Shown here: piece by piece, positions 49,412 to 59,192 of the stretch | Numbering within the stretch: the first letter of the stretch is position 1 | How the letters are laid out: each line of letters starts with the position of its first letter | From: a virus | Lineage: Duplodnaviria > Caudoviricetes | Length of the DNA stretch: 64,000 bases | Reading direction: 5' to 3' (one strand) | IMG/VR virus record: IMGVR_UViG_3300028833_000057 | Coordinates: 203,827-267,826 of that record | Notes under the pieces: model-generated | The model's database searches: none | The model's input: the letters and a program-made list of their open reading frames with translations, nothing else | What the model was told of the DNA's origin: nothing | Position numbers and translations under genes: made by a program

Positions 49412-51391
49412 TTAAAGGTTAACGAAAGTTGAAAATTGTTTTGTAGATACGCCAGTAGGTATCATCTGGAAACCAATACTTTCCATAATTGGATACGCTG
49501 CCTTTGTATTATCAGTGACAATTTTATTTATATCTATCAATGGAATAAGTTCTTCAGGTATAACTTTTAACTTTTTAGGCAAAGCTATAGAATTTATACC
49601 AGATTTATAATATTCCGTATCGGATAATGTCCTTACAATCGCTTCATAAAATTCCGGGAATTTATCCTTGATACAGTATGCATCCTCTGGTCTGCATATA
49701 GGCTTTAAATCCAGAGTATTTAGTTTTGAGTATGGTTGAATCAGATTTTCTGGATGAGCATTATTCCAGAATCTAACAGCCTTTACAATAGCATTAGAAG
49801 TAGGATCCTTATAGACTGATATATTAGAGTATTTACCTGGTTTAATATACTCTGTACTTCTTTCATGTACAAGAGAATTATAAACTATTTCTTCATACTC
49901 TACAAATTTTCTAAGCACAGTCTTAGGATTGATATCCTTCTTCAAAAGAATTTCATTCATAAGTACATCATAGAAATACTTACGAGTCTTAATATTCGTA
50001 GACACTTTCTTAATAGGCAAACCCTTAATTTCATCCTGTAAAGGATCAAGGATATTGCCTTCTTGAACCATTATGATGGTAGAATAGTTCTTCTTATTCT
50101 TAGTCATAGCAACACGTTTGAATAAGAATTCAGACTTCATGTTAATCCTAGGTTGATACTGCTTACTGACGTTAAATCCACCAGTAACAGCATTAAGAAT
50201 ATCCTGAATTACATTAGCTACAATATTATTAATAATATGAGCAGATGCAATCTTGTGCATAGGATGATCTAGATCTAGTCCATCAAAATTATTTTCAAAG
50301 TAATCTACAAATCTACCAAGATAAGTAAATAGCGAGTCAGAGTCTACTAGAAGAATATTCATACGTTTCATATTCTTCACTATCTGTGCTCTGTTATATC
50401 TGATAAATGGATGAGCCACAAAACTTCTAACAAGACCAACTAGTTTCTTTAGAGGTTCGGCAATTTCCTCCGGTGGTTCATTTGGATTAGTGAAGTTATA
50501 AGAATAGCAATTAGATAATATCTCTTGAATCTTTTGCTGAGATAAGAATTCATAAAGATTATTAGTATAATATACTCTATTTCTGAATTCTTGATCCATA
50601 TTCATACATGTAGCAAGAATATCTGGATCATCTTTATCTAATTCATACGATAATTTCTTATTCTTAATATAAGAATACAATATCTCACCAGTAATCTTAT
50701 TTGGATCATCTAGCCATTCACTAATGGTTTCTGGGAACCTTTCTACATAAATCTGACATTCTTCAATGAAACGATAGAATGCATCTTTTGTTTCAAATGT
50801 AAGATTATTTTCCATTAAGCCTTCAAGGTACATAATACCAGAAGTAATAACAGCATATCCACAATATGTGGTAGAAGGGCCGATAAATGGATTAGCAAAT
50901 ACATAATTTTCTTCGCCACTAGCACCATATTCAGCATTAGAAATAAGTTTGAAGAGAAGCTGTCTGATTCTATGAATCATGTATTCACGCTTGTCTGCGT
51001 CATTAACATGCTCAAACATCATGGCTTTTTCTTTTTTACGGTTATTCTGCATTGCAATAAGGAATTTAATAAGAGGCGATTCATTATTGTCATGCTTTTC
51101 AAACAGAGTACCATAACCAGTCATGATATATTTATCTTCATACATATCATCTAACACATCAAGCACACGCTTTTCTGTTACAGTATGCTTATAGTTATTA
51201 TGTATGACGATTTCTTCATTTACGTCCGGTCTAGATAGCCTTTCTTTAATAATCTGCTGAAGATTTGCTTCTACAGATTCAGGCATAGGCTTATTATATC
51301 TCGCAAGATATAACTTCCTTGCAGACTCAACGTATGCATTTAGAAATGTACTCATGTTTACCTCTTGATTCATGGAAAAGTTAGCAGACAA
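49412..51391 (-). CDS. Family B DNA polymerase, C-terminal subunit (likely start 51355)
   Basis: Motif B Q...KLISNAEYG, motif C VDSDS, KKNY, IKGL. Confidence 0.88.
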   Translation of the reverse strand: MSANFSMNQEVNMSTFLNAYVESARKLYLARYNKPMPESVEANLQQIIKERLSRPDVNEEIVIHNNYKHTVTEKRVLDVLDDMYEDKYIMTGYGTLFEKHDNNESPLIKFLIAMQNNRKKEKAMMFEHVNDADKREYMIHRIRQLLFKLISNAEYGASGEENYVFANPFIGPSTTYCGYAVITSGIMYLEGLMENNLTFETKDAFYRFIEECQIYVERFPETISEWLDDPNKITGEILYSYIKNKKLSYELDKDDPDILATCMNMDQEFRNRVYYTNNLYEFLSQQKIQEILSNCYSYNFTNPNEPPEEIAEPLKKLVGLVRSFVAHPFIRYNRAQIVKNMKRMNILLVDSDSLFTYLGRFVDYFENNFDGLDLDHPMHKIASAHIINNIVANVIQDILNAVTGGFNVSKQYQPRINMKSEFLFKRVAMTKNKKNYSTIIMVQEGNILDPLQDEIKGLPIKKVSTNIKTRKYFYDVLMNEILLKKDINPKTVLRKFVEYEEIVYNSLVHERSTEYIKPGKYSNISVYKDPTSNAIVKAVRFWNNAHPENLIQPYSKLNTLDLKPICRPEDAYCIKDKFPEFYEAIVRTLSDTEYYKSGINSIALPKKLKVIPEELIPLIDINKIVTDNTKAAYPIMESIGFQMIPTGVSTKQFSTFVNL

Positions 51392-51436
51392 GAATAATAG
51401 GCTTCAAAAGTGTGGTATATTCATGCCGTCTAACAT

Positions 51437-51482
51437 CTAAATGCGAACAAATTAACAAACTAAATGCGAACAAATTAACAAA
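51437..51482 (+). repeat. Perfect 23-bp tandem duplication
   Basis: CTAAATGCGAACAAATTAACAAA x2 in the uvsX leader. Confidence 0.95.
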
Positions 51483-51491
51483 GGAAGCTTT

Positions 51492-52646
51492 ATGAGCTTA
51501 ATGTCTGAATTCAGAAAAGAAGCAGATAAAAAATCTGATATGCAAGCCAAAGAAGAAATCATTTCCATCCCGACTGGTTATGATATTGCGGATTTATCTA
51601 ATGCTACAAGAGATTACTCCACTGGTAATATTGATGCTGGCATGCGTGAAGGTCATATTATAGGTGCAGCTGGCCCTTCTGGAGCTGGTAAAACTACATT
51701 CCTTCATAATCTTGCATTTGGAATGATTAAAAGATTTGAGAATGGAACTCTTGAAGACATGGATGCCGAACACAGCCATAATCGTCAACGTATGAAGTTC
51801 CTTTATACTAAAGGTGATCCTAGCCTTGAAGACAAATTTGAAGAACAGGTTAGTAAGCCTTATAACCTTAATGTTTATCTCGATGATGTCAATGAAAGAT
51901 TCCATGAAATTTATGATTTCAAGACAAAGCATCGTAAGGAACTTGAAGAAGAGTTTACAACCTTAGACGGTCGTAAGCAAAGAGTAATGGCACCAACTAT
52001 TATTTTCATTGATTCTATTGCGGCACTTTTCTCTCGTAAACAGGCCGAAGCTATAGAATCTGGTGAAATGGATAGTAATATGGCTGGATCTCAGCAAGCT
52101 ATTACAAATAATGCTTTCTTTAAGAAGACATCTAATATGGCCTTTGATGCAAATATTTATCTATTTGTCATTGGTCACATTAATAAGATGGTTCAGACAG
52201 GTTATACACCAAAGCCAAGTAATATTCCGTGGTTGCAGCCCGATGAAAATATTCCTGGAGGTTCTGCTTGGATCTTTATGGCTGACTGGTTGGCTCGTGT
52301 AGATAAGGGACAGGCTTTGAAGGATCCGACTAAGGATTATGGTATTCGTGGTTATATCAATAACTTCCAGATTCTTAAGAGCCGTGGTAATGAATCAGGT
52401 ATTGTCTATCCGCAGGTCTTTGACTTCGTAAATGGTTATAGCAATCTGCTTAGTAACGTTCAGTTCCTTATTGATAATAAGCGTATTATTACTGGCCCGA
52501 AGTCTTACTTAGCTTCCATGCCTGATCTTAAGTTTAATAAATCTACTATTGTTGAAACTTGTCAGGAACATCCAGAACTTGAAGAAGCTATCTCTAATGA
52601 AGTAGCTGAAATTTTTATCTCTAGAATGCCTAAAGCTAAAGAATAA
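51492..52646 (+). CDS. uvsX: RecA/UvsX-like recombinase
   Basis: IPTG..D, GPSGAGKTT, DAEH, IFIDSIAA, PGGSA. Confidence 0.88.
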   Translation: MSLMSEFRKEADKKSDMQAKEEIISIPTGYDIADLSNATRDYSTGNIDAGMREGHIIGAAGPSGAGKTTFLHNLAFGMIKRFENGTLEDMDAEHSHNRQRMKFLYTKGDPSLEDKFEEQVSKPYNLNVYLDDVNERFHEIYDFKTKHRKELEEEFTTLDGRKQRVMAPTIIFIDSIAALFSRKQAEAIESGEMDSNMAGSQQAITNNAFFKKTSNMAFDANIYLFVIGHINKMVQTGYTPKPSNIPWLQPDENIPGGSAWIFMADWLARVDKGQALKDPTKDYGIRGYINNFQILKSRGNESGIVYPQVFDFVNGYSNLLSNVQFLIDNKRIITGPKSYLASMPDLKFNKSTIVETCQEHPELEEAISNEVAEIFISRMPKAKE

Positions 52647-52688
52647 ATAAAAATTACTATATGCAGAAATGCATATAGTAATTAATTT

Positions 52689-54956
52689 TTAGCCCCAACT
52701 TCCACCAGAGCCACCTTCATCACCTTCACCTTGACTAGTATCGGTGCTATCGATGACGTTTCGTTCATTACTAAGATCAATAGCCTTAGTATTTTCTTTA
52801 ACCTTACGGAAGATCTCATCATATTCCTTCCAATCAAGCTGTGGCATTAGCTTCATAGCTACTTGCTTCTTGAATTCAGGTTTAGACTTTTCATCTTCTT
52901 CAGAAGGTTGCTCACCATAAATGGTATTGGTAACGAATTCTGTAATAGACTGAACTTTACCGATTTCTTCTTCAGCTTTACGATTATCAAGAATCGTCGG
53001 ATCCGAGAATTTAGCTTCAAAGATAAATTTCATTGGAGAAGCTTCATTATCAGATAGCTTTCTATATATTTCCGTTAAGCCAGCATTACACACCTGCTGA
53101 TATGCTATAACTTGCTTCTGCACATTACCATTCTGCATAATAAGTGTAGTTGCAAATTCAACATCAGACATAGAGTCAAGTAATGATGCAGGAATACCAG
53201 AACCATTCACAACTGAACGCTTCAAGAATTCCAAGAAGTCATTATTTAACTGTGCTTCCTGACCAGCAAATGTATCAAATTCAACAGCTTTCTTACCATC
53301 GACGACAGGAATATACATCGAGTTAGCCTTAGTGATTCTATTAAACATAGCTGTCACATCAGACAAATCATCAAGTGTAACTTCTCTACCCTTAAGATCA
53401 GCAATAAAGCTATTAACTGCACCTTCAGAATCTTCATCAAGACCAGTTTCGATATAGTAAACGGTCTTGTCTTTACCATTAATAACTTGCTGCATAATAG
53501 CTGCAAGAATACTTAGCACATAAAGCTTAGCAAAGTAAAGTACAGGATCAAGAATAGATTCACCATAGGTATAGCTACCTTTCTTGATATGTACCATATT
53601 CTTAGGCGGCACAAACGTAATAGCGGTTCTATTAATGCTACGATTAGCTTTTAGCATTGTATAAATAAAGTCTCTAAACTGATGGTTCTTTGCAATAAAC
53701 TTACGGTTCATCTTAGCTGCAAGACGTTTTGCAAAGATATCAGTCATAGCCTGAAGACGATTATCTCTAGCCATCATACCACTATTAGCATGGTTCATGA
53801 AAGAGTAAATTCTATTAGTGGTATAAGTAAGGTCACAAGCAGGACAAGAATATGGATCAGTATCCATAGGATCGGTAGATGCCGGATTGAACGTAATATC
53901 AAGATAGTAATAACCTACGCAAGTACCACCAATTTCAACCTTAATCGTTTTATTAGCATCAAGCTGTCTAATAATAGACCCTGCAAGATTCATTTCAATC
54001 TGAGACTTACCAGTACTTTCAGATGCGAATGCTGCATTCTCTCTAAGTTCCTTGTAGATTTCAAATTCTTCAGAGAATAGACCTTCAGCTACAGATGGAT
54101 TAATCTGTACATTCATAAATTTGTCTATTTCTTGTTCCCAATCAGAAGCAGAGAATTTTTTATCTACATACTTATCGCTCTCATTCTTTTTATGCTTTTC
54201 AAAGAAATCGTGTTGAGAAATATTATATAAACTATCAAGCGTATTTACATCTTCAGATGCCAAAGAGTCACCTCTACACTCTTCGATCATAGTAGCGGAT
54301 TCACTACCATACATCTGACCATTCTCAATCATCTTATCGATTTCTTCCTTAAAATTCATAACAACAGTAAAGCTATCACCATATTGGACAACGCTACCTA
54401 CGATCTTAGGAATGAAATCTTGAGAGACCTTATATTTATCATCTAACTTCTTCAATTCATCTTGAGCATCTTCAATAGCATAATCATCACTACCTGTATT
54501 CAAGATATCAAAATGAATAGTATCACCAGAGAAAGAGTTTGGAGAAATAATCATATCCCTATACATGCCTACTGCACGAGCAAGTTCAGGGATCATTTCA
54601 CATATAGCTTTGATACTCTTATAGCGCATGAATCTATTAGATTCATCACCATAGAAAAGATTAATCTCTCCACGTTCAACTTCATCTATAAAACTAGAAG
54701 ACTTATTAAGGGCGTTTCTTCCAGTCTTAAGACCTTTACCTGAACGGTTACGATACATAACCTTATCAAAGAAAGCTACAATATCAGATTCTTCTCCAGT
54801 CAATTTATAGCTATTGACTGCACGAAGGTTCTCTTTAACTTTATTTTCTAACTCGGTTATAGAAGTATCTTGTTTGGAGGGATCAAATCCGAATGCAGCC
54901 TTATCAAATTGCTTATTAAGCCTGATAATATCTTCAAAAGTTTGCTTATTCGCCAT
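52689..54956 (-). CDS. Portal protein (T4 gp20-like, jumbo phage)
   Basis: YGD.F, GYYY, GESIL, YYIETG, MYIPV, SGIPASLL..V.FATTL..QN pattern; late-type promoter 54976-54987. Confidence 0.8.
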   Translation of the reverse strand: MANKQTFEDIIRLNKQFDKAAFGFDPSKQDTSITELENKVKENLRAVNSYKLTGEESDIVAFFDKVMYRNRSGKGLKTGRNALNKSSSFIDEVERGEINLFYGDESNRFMRYKSIKAICEMIPELARAVGMYRDMIISPNSFSGDTIHFDILNTGSDDYAIEDAQDELKKLDDKYKVSQDFIPKIVGSVVQYGDSFTVVMNFKEEIDKMIENGQMYGSESATMIEECRGDSLASEDVNTLDSLYNISQHDFFEKHKKNESDKYVDKKFSASDWEQEIDKFMNVQINPSVAEGLFSEEFEIYKELRENAAFASESTGKSQIEMNLAGSIIRQLDANKTIKVEIGGTCVGYYYLDITFNPASTDPMDTDPYSCPACDLTYTTNRIYSFMNHANSGMMARDNRLQAMTDIFAKRLAAKMNRKFIAKNHQFRDFIYTMLKANRSINRTAITFVPPKNMVHIKKGSYTYGESILDPVLYFAKLYVLSILAAIMQQVINGKDKTVYYIETGLDEDSEGAVNSFIADLKGREVTLDDLSDVTAMFNRITKANSMYIPVVDGKKAVEFDTFAGQEAQLNNDFLEFLKRSVVNGSGIPASLLDSMSDVEFATTLIMQNGNVQKQVIAYQQVCNAGLTEIYRKLSDNEASPMKFIFEAKFSDPTILDNRKAEEEIGKVQSITEFVTNTIYGEQPSEEDEKSKPEFKKQVAMKLMPQLDWKEYDEIFRKVKENTKAIDLSNERNVIDSTDTSQGEGDEGGSGGSWG

Positions 54957-54988
54957 AATTTAATCCTTTAATATTCAATACCAAGTTG

Positions 54989-55231
54989 TTAGATTTGAAG
55001 ATCATAATTATTATAAGAATCAATTCTTACTGATACTGAATAGTTGTCTTTATTCAAAGTAGCAAAGTATTTCTCTACATATGCTTCTACTTTATTAACA
55101 ACTTCACCTCTGTCACTTGATTCAAAGGTAACAGTATCAAATTTAAAATCATTCTTATTTTCACGGTGCTTTACTATGGTAACTAAAGCTTTGTAACCGG
55201 GTTTTGATAGTGACGTGTGCCAGATAGCCAT
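54989..55231 (-). CDS. Hypothetical protein
   Basis: 80 aa ORF. Confidence 0.6.
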   Translation of the reverse strand: MAIWHTSLSKPGYKALVTIVKHRENKNDFKFDTVTFESSDRGEVVNKVEAYVEKYFATLNKDNYSVSVRIDSYNNYDLQI

Positions 55232-55233
55232 AT

Positions 55234-56229
55234 TTATACCGTTTCATTGAAGGTGGTGATTATTTCATTTGTATAGTCTATAAGATCCTGTCTACATACG
55301 TTCATCATATCGGACATTGTAGTTAGGAACGAATCTATATTATTATTCGTATCATATATATTCTGTCTGTTCATATTAGACTCTGTCACAATAGGAGAAT
55401 CTAACTTTATCAATTTACTTACGACATTTTCTTTTAGAATAAAATATTTTACATAAGCAAAATTGATATATGACAATACCATAAGAGCTATTTCATTCGT
55501 AAGATTATCTTTAAGAATAGTATAGCTATTATAATTACTAGAATCAACGAAGATTTCATCAAGGATACCTTGTAATTTATCAGCAAAATATCCAGTATCC
55601 GATCTCATCCATTCTACTACTTTAGCATCATAGTATTCTTTATCATGGTCTGGAGTTTCTTTTCCAAGGGAATATTCGAAGAAATCATAGAATGCGGAAT
55701 GATCATAGAAGTAATTAGGATCTGATAGCTCTCTAAACATAAATCCAAACGGACTAGAATTAGACCATATTTCTTCACTTACATTAACATTAGGAGCAGG
55801 TACTAATACTGTATTTGTACTTAAAGTATTTTTAAATTTTTCAACCCATGAAGTGAAACCTAAGTCATGAATTAATCCATATAACCCATATCTCTGATCG
55901 TCAACAACAATATCATATCCTCTAAGAAAACCATTCATAAGGTTTTCTAATTCTAGGCACATATCTGTTGTAAAAAAATAAAAAGAAGATGATGTAATAT
56001 CCTGCTGATACATATTGTAGAATTTATTATACAAAGACATTCTAGTAATTAGTGCAAGATTTGTATCATTAATATACATTACTTTATCTGATAAAAGATA
56101 TGAATTAGTATCACTAAAGAATCTCTTTACATAACTAAAAATCTTTTCATAATATCTATATGCAGAATATTCTTCTTTTTTAAGTTCTTCACGATAGATC
56201 TTTACTGCGATCTGCTGTCCGTTGTTCAT
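55234..56229 (-). CDS. Hypothetical protein
   Basis: 331 aa ORF. Confidence 0.7.
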   Translation of the reverse strand: MNNGQQIAVKIYREELKKEEYSAYRYYEKIFSYVKRFFSDTNSYLLSDKVMYINDTNLALITRMSLYNKFYNMYQQDITSSSFYFFTTDMCLELENLMNGFLRGYDIVVDDQRYGLYGLIHDLGFTSWVEKFKNTLSTNTVLVPAPNVNVSEEIWSNSSPFGFMFRELSDPNYFYDHSAFYDFFEYSLGKETPDHDKEYYDAKVVEWMRSDTGYFADKLQGILDEIFVDSSNYNSYTILKDNLTNEIALMVLSYINFAYVKYFILKENVVSKLIKLDSPIVTESNMNRQNIYDTNNNIDSFLTTMSDMMNVCRQDLIDYTNEIITTFNETV

Positions 56230-56986
56230 TAGCTTTAACCTTGTCTAATAAAGTTTGAATTTCACGTTTCATACGTCTTAAGCACAATCTGATAGCATTT
56301 GCATCTTTATTCATTCTAAAAGTCTTCATTATCTTAAGATAATCTTCCAGCTTAGTATTCATAAAGGTAGTAAGTTCGCTAGTTATGATTGGCATAACTT
56401 CTGTATTCTTATAATTTCTTCTAAATAAATTATCGGCAAGTATCCACTCTTTTACAGCCTTCCTAATAGTTTCCTGAAATACAGTACCGCCTACTGTAGC
56501 CACAATGGAATCAAATTTTATAGGAATTCTAACAGCTTTGCCAAATATAGGATAAGGATACGTTGTCTTATCCGTTCTAGGGAAATATACTATTATACTT
56601 TCATGACCTTTGTATGTAGTATATTCCTTTTCAGCATCATAGTACATAGTATCTACAGTTTCAGTATATCTTGCACCTTTAGTAACAAATTTTACTATAA
56701 CACGGTTTTCAAGATATATATTAGGGTTATTATCCCCAGTAGGTACTGTCCATGTGAATACTTTTGATGGCATACTTACTTCATAGAGCTTAGTACTCCC
56801 AGGAAGTTGTTGCCAATCTTTTCTAGAGTTACATACTTGTTTTCGTGTGTAACGTCTCAAAGGTTGTAAAAAGAAAGGAAAAAAAGATCCTAAACGTTCA
56901 TTTAGAATCTTTAATGCCTTAATGTCTTCTTTATCAATGATTTCTTTATAATCATCTTTAGAAAATGGCATTGGGCGAAGTAGCAT
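56189..56986 (-). CDS. Hypothetical protein
   Basis: 265 aa ORF. Confidence 0.7.
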   Translation of the reverse strand: MLLRPMPFSKDDYKEIIDKEDIKALKILNERLGSFFPFFLQPLRRYTRKQVCNSRKDWQQLPGSTKLYEVSMPSKVFTWTVPTGDNNPNIYLENRVIVKFVTKGARYTETVDTMYYDAEKEYTTYKGHESIIVYFPRTDKTTYPYPIFGKAVRIPIKFDSIVATVGGTVFQETIRKAVKEWILADNLFRRNYKNTEVMPIITSELTTFMNTKLEDYLKIMKTFRMNKDANAIRLCLRRMKREIQTLLDKVKANEQRTADRSKDLS

Positions 56987-56993
56987 AATGATT

Positions 56994-57683
56994 TTACCAA
57001 TCGATTAAAATTTTTGGATAAGTTAATAAACCTGCAAGTTCTTGACTATTAAATAACAGATATGGCTGTCCAAAGTTCTTATCTATTTTTTGAAGAGTTA
57101 CCCATATTTCACAATCTTTACTGATTTTTGGAATTAACTTCTTACCTATAAGCAAGACATTGGCGCCTTTCTTTTCTAGTGGAGATGAACCAGCAGAGTA
57201 GATCTCACCTGTATTTAAATTTACTCTAGCAAATTCATCAACCTTCTTGAAATCAAGTTTTGATTTATCAAGAGGTATCCATATCATACTATCTACAAGT
57301 TCTGTAATTGGATCATAGGTTTCTTTACATTTCCAAATAGGAATTTTGAAAACTCTAGTTCCAGCTTTAAAAGATAGCAAATCATCTGTAACCGTAATAG
57401 ATTCTGGATCGCACTTCTTAGCTTTATGGACAATTGTTAGATCATCCATTAAGATATTAAAGCATTCTGCTGCCGGGATCCATGATTCCGGAGTCTGATT
57501 TTCATCAACAATACAAAGTTTTGTAATACCTTTTTCCCCACTGTAGGTTAAGGTCAAGAACTTGCCCTCTATAACTACAGATGTTGGGGTTTCAGGTAAT
57601 GACGTACAATATTTATATATTTTATCTAGTCCTTTAAATAAAACTTTATCTAAAGGTTGAATTCTTGGTCTTCTAGTAGCCAT
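56994..57683 (-). CDS. Hypothetical protein
   Basis: 229 aa ORF. Confidence 0.7.
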   Translation of the reverse strand: MATRRPRIQPLDKVLFKGLDKIYKYCTSLPETPTSVVIEGKFLTLTYSGEKGITKLCIVDENQTPESWIPAAECFNILMDDLTIVHKAKKCDPESITVTDDLLSFKAGTRVFKIPIWKCKETYDPITELVDSMIWIPLDKSKLDFKKVDEFARVNLNTGEIYSAGSSPLEKKGANVLLIGKKLIPKISKDCEIWVTLQKIDKNFGQPYLLFNSQELAGLLTYPKILIDW

Positions 57684-58296
57684 ATTCTTCTCTATTATAA
57701 CTTATATCAAATATCTTAGTCAGTATCCGCAATATAATTTGTTCTGCATCAAGAATTTTATCTAATTTGAAAAGCTTTTTATCGCCACTGAAGTAAAATA
57801 GTGTTGGTGAAACTTCCACACAGACAAGTCTATTATTAAACTCATGGACGAGGGCTTTGTTAAGATATACATTCTCGATAAGATTTTCTCTAAGTAATTT
57901 CAAATAGCAAGGACTATCCTTACGATTGTATATAGATGATATGAAAAGTTCAGTATTTGATGTCGAGTATTTCTTATAAAGAATATTATTTAAACATTCT
58001 TCATAAATATATCTAGCATACATTACTGCATCAGATTCATAATTCATCTTGTATACTTTTGTCTTTGGAAAATTCTCTTCAGAAATTTGTGTATGTCTAT
58101 TTATGAAATTCGTTAAAGCATTTTGTGTAAATTTAGCAAGTCTTACTTCATAATCTTCTGCAAATTTATTTTCAGACTCAAAACTAATTGTAATACTACC
58201 TTTAAAATTTGGACATTCTTTCTTTTGCTTTTTAATTAATGCTACAGCTTCATCGTAGTTATCACATGTCTTTGTGACCATTTCTGTACCTTTCAA
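57673..58296 (-). CDS. Hypothetical protein
   Basis: 207 aa ORF. Confidence 0.65.
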   Translation of the reverse strand: MKGTEMVTKTCDNYDEAVALIKKQKKECPNFKGSITISFESENKFAEDYEVRLAKFTQNALTNFINRHTQISEENFPKTKVYKMNYESDAVMYARYIYEECLNNILYKKYSTSNTELFISSIYNRKDSPCYLKLLRENLIENVYLNKALVHEFNNRLVCVEVSPTLFYFSGDKKLFKLDKILDAEQIILRILTKIFDISYNREEYGY

Positions 58297-58654
58297 TAGT
58301 GGTATTTATTGCCATATGTATATTATGGCTATTAGTATTTAGCATTTCAATATTAAACTTTTCGCCATTATATATAAATCTTATAGTATATTTATTGGTT
58401 GCAGCTCCATTATGTATTTGCTCGAATACGCTATAAGTTATGCCATTAGATTCTCCATCATGAGGATAATCTAATCGTACGGAATCCATGTCAATCAGTC
58501 TTTCTTTTATCTTAAAAAGATCTAAGAAATGTGCAAGTTTATTTACATTTTCTGGAGATCCAGGAAATGTTTTTATACAATTTTCTTTCCACTCATCAAA
58601 TGTCATTTGCGTCTCCCTTAAAACGTTTGTTGATGTGAGTATAGAACCATGCAT
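58262..58654 (-). CDS. Hypothetical protein (likely start 58606)
   Basis: GGAG RBS before MTFDEW. Confidence 0.6.
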   Translation of the reverse strand: MHGSILTSTNVLRETQMTFDEWKENCIKTFPGSPENVNKLAHFLDLFKIKERLIDMDSVRLDYPHDGESNGITYSVFEQIHNGAATNKYTIRFIYNGEKFNIEMLNTNSHNIHMAINTTIERYRNGHKDM

Positions 58655-59114
58655 AAGTTAATCCAGTAAATAATCCAAGTAAATGACCGGCGTGGCTAAT
58701 GCCGTCTTGCTTAAATATTTCTGAAATTTCTTGCGACCCATATATGATTAGTAGCAATATTCCACAGATAGATACCTTCGCATCTTTGTTAGATATAAAG
58801 CTATTCAGCATAAATAGAGCAAAGATAAAGCCTGACATTCCTATTGCATGTACATTAAAGATATATTCATGAAAGATATATTCCAATATTGCAGTATAAA
58901 GAAATACTACAATATAATCTATCTTACCATAATATTTTTCTACTGCAGGACTGAGCATTAAAAATATCATCATATTAGACGTAAAATGATTTAAGCTACC
59001 ATGAATAAACATAGCAGTTACAAGATTATATGGTATAATATCTTTAAATAATAATCCTACGAGTGACAATATAATAAATAATAATGATAAAAGTTCAGCT
59101 TTTATATTTTGCAT
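58596..59114 (-). CDS. Rhomboid intramembrane serine protease
   Basis: TAMFIHGSLNHFTSNM, GMSG, SHAGHLLG; multiple TM helices. Confidence 0.92.
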   Translation of the reverse strand: MQNIKAELLSLLFIILSLVGLLFKDIIPYNLVTAMFIHGSLNHFTSNMMIFLMLSPAVEKYYGKIDYIVVFLYTAILEYIFHEYIFNVHAIGMSGFIFALFMLNSFISNKDAKVSICGILLLIIYGSQEISEIFKQDGISHAGHLLGLFTGLTYAWFYTHINKRFKGDANDI

Positions 59115-59192
59115 ATTTCCTCAAATGATCTATATTTAATATAATCATAAAATAGAATGAAAAATAATAAAGCACATTTAGTGCTTTATTAT

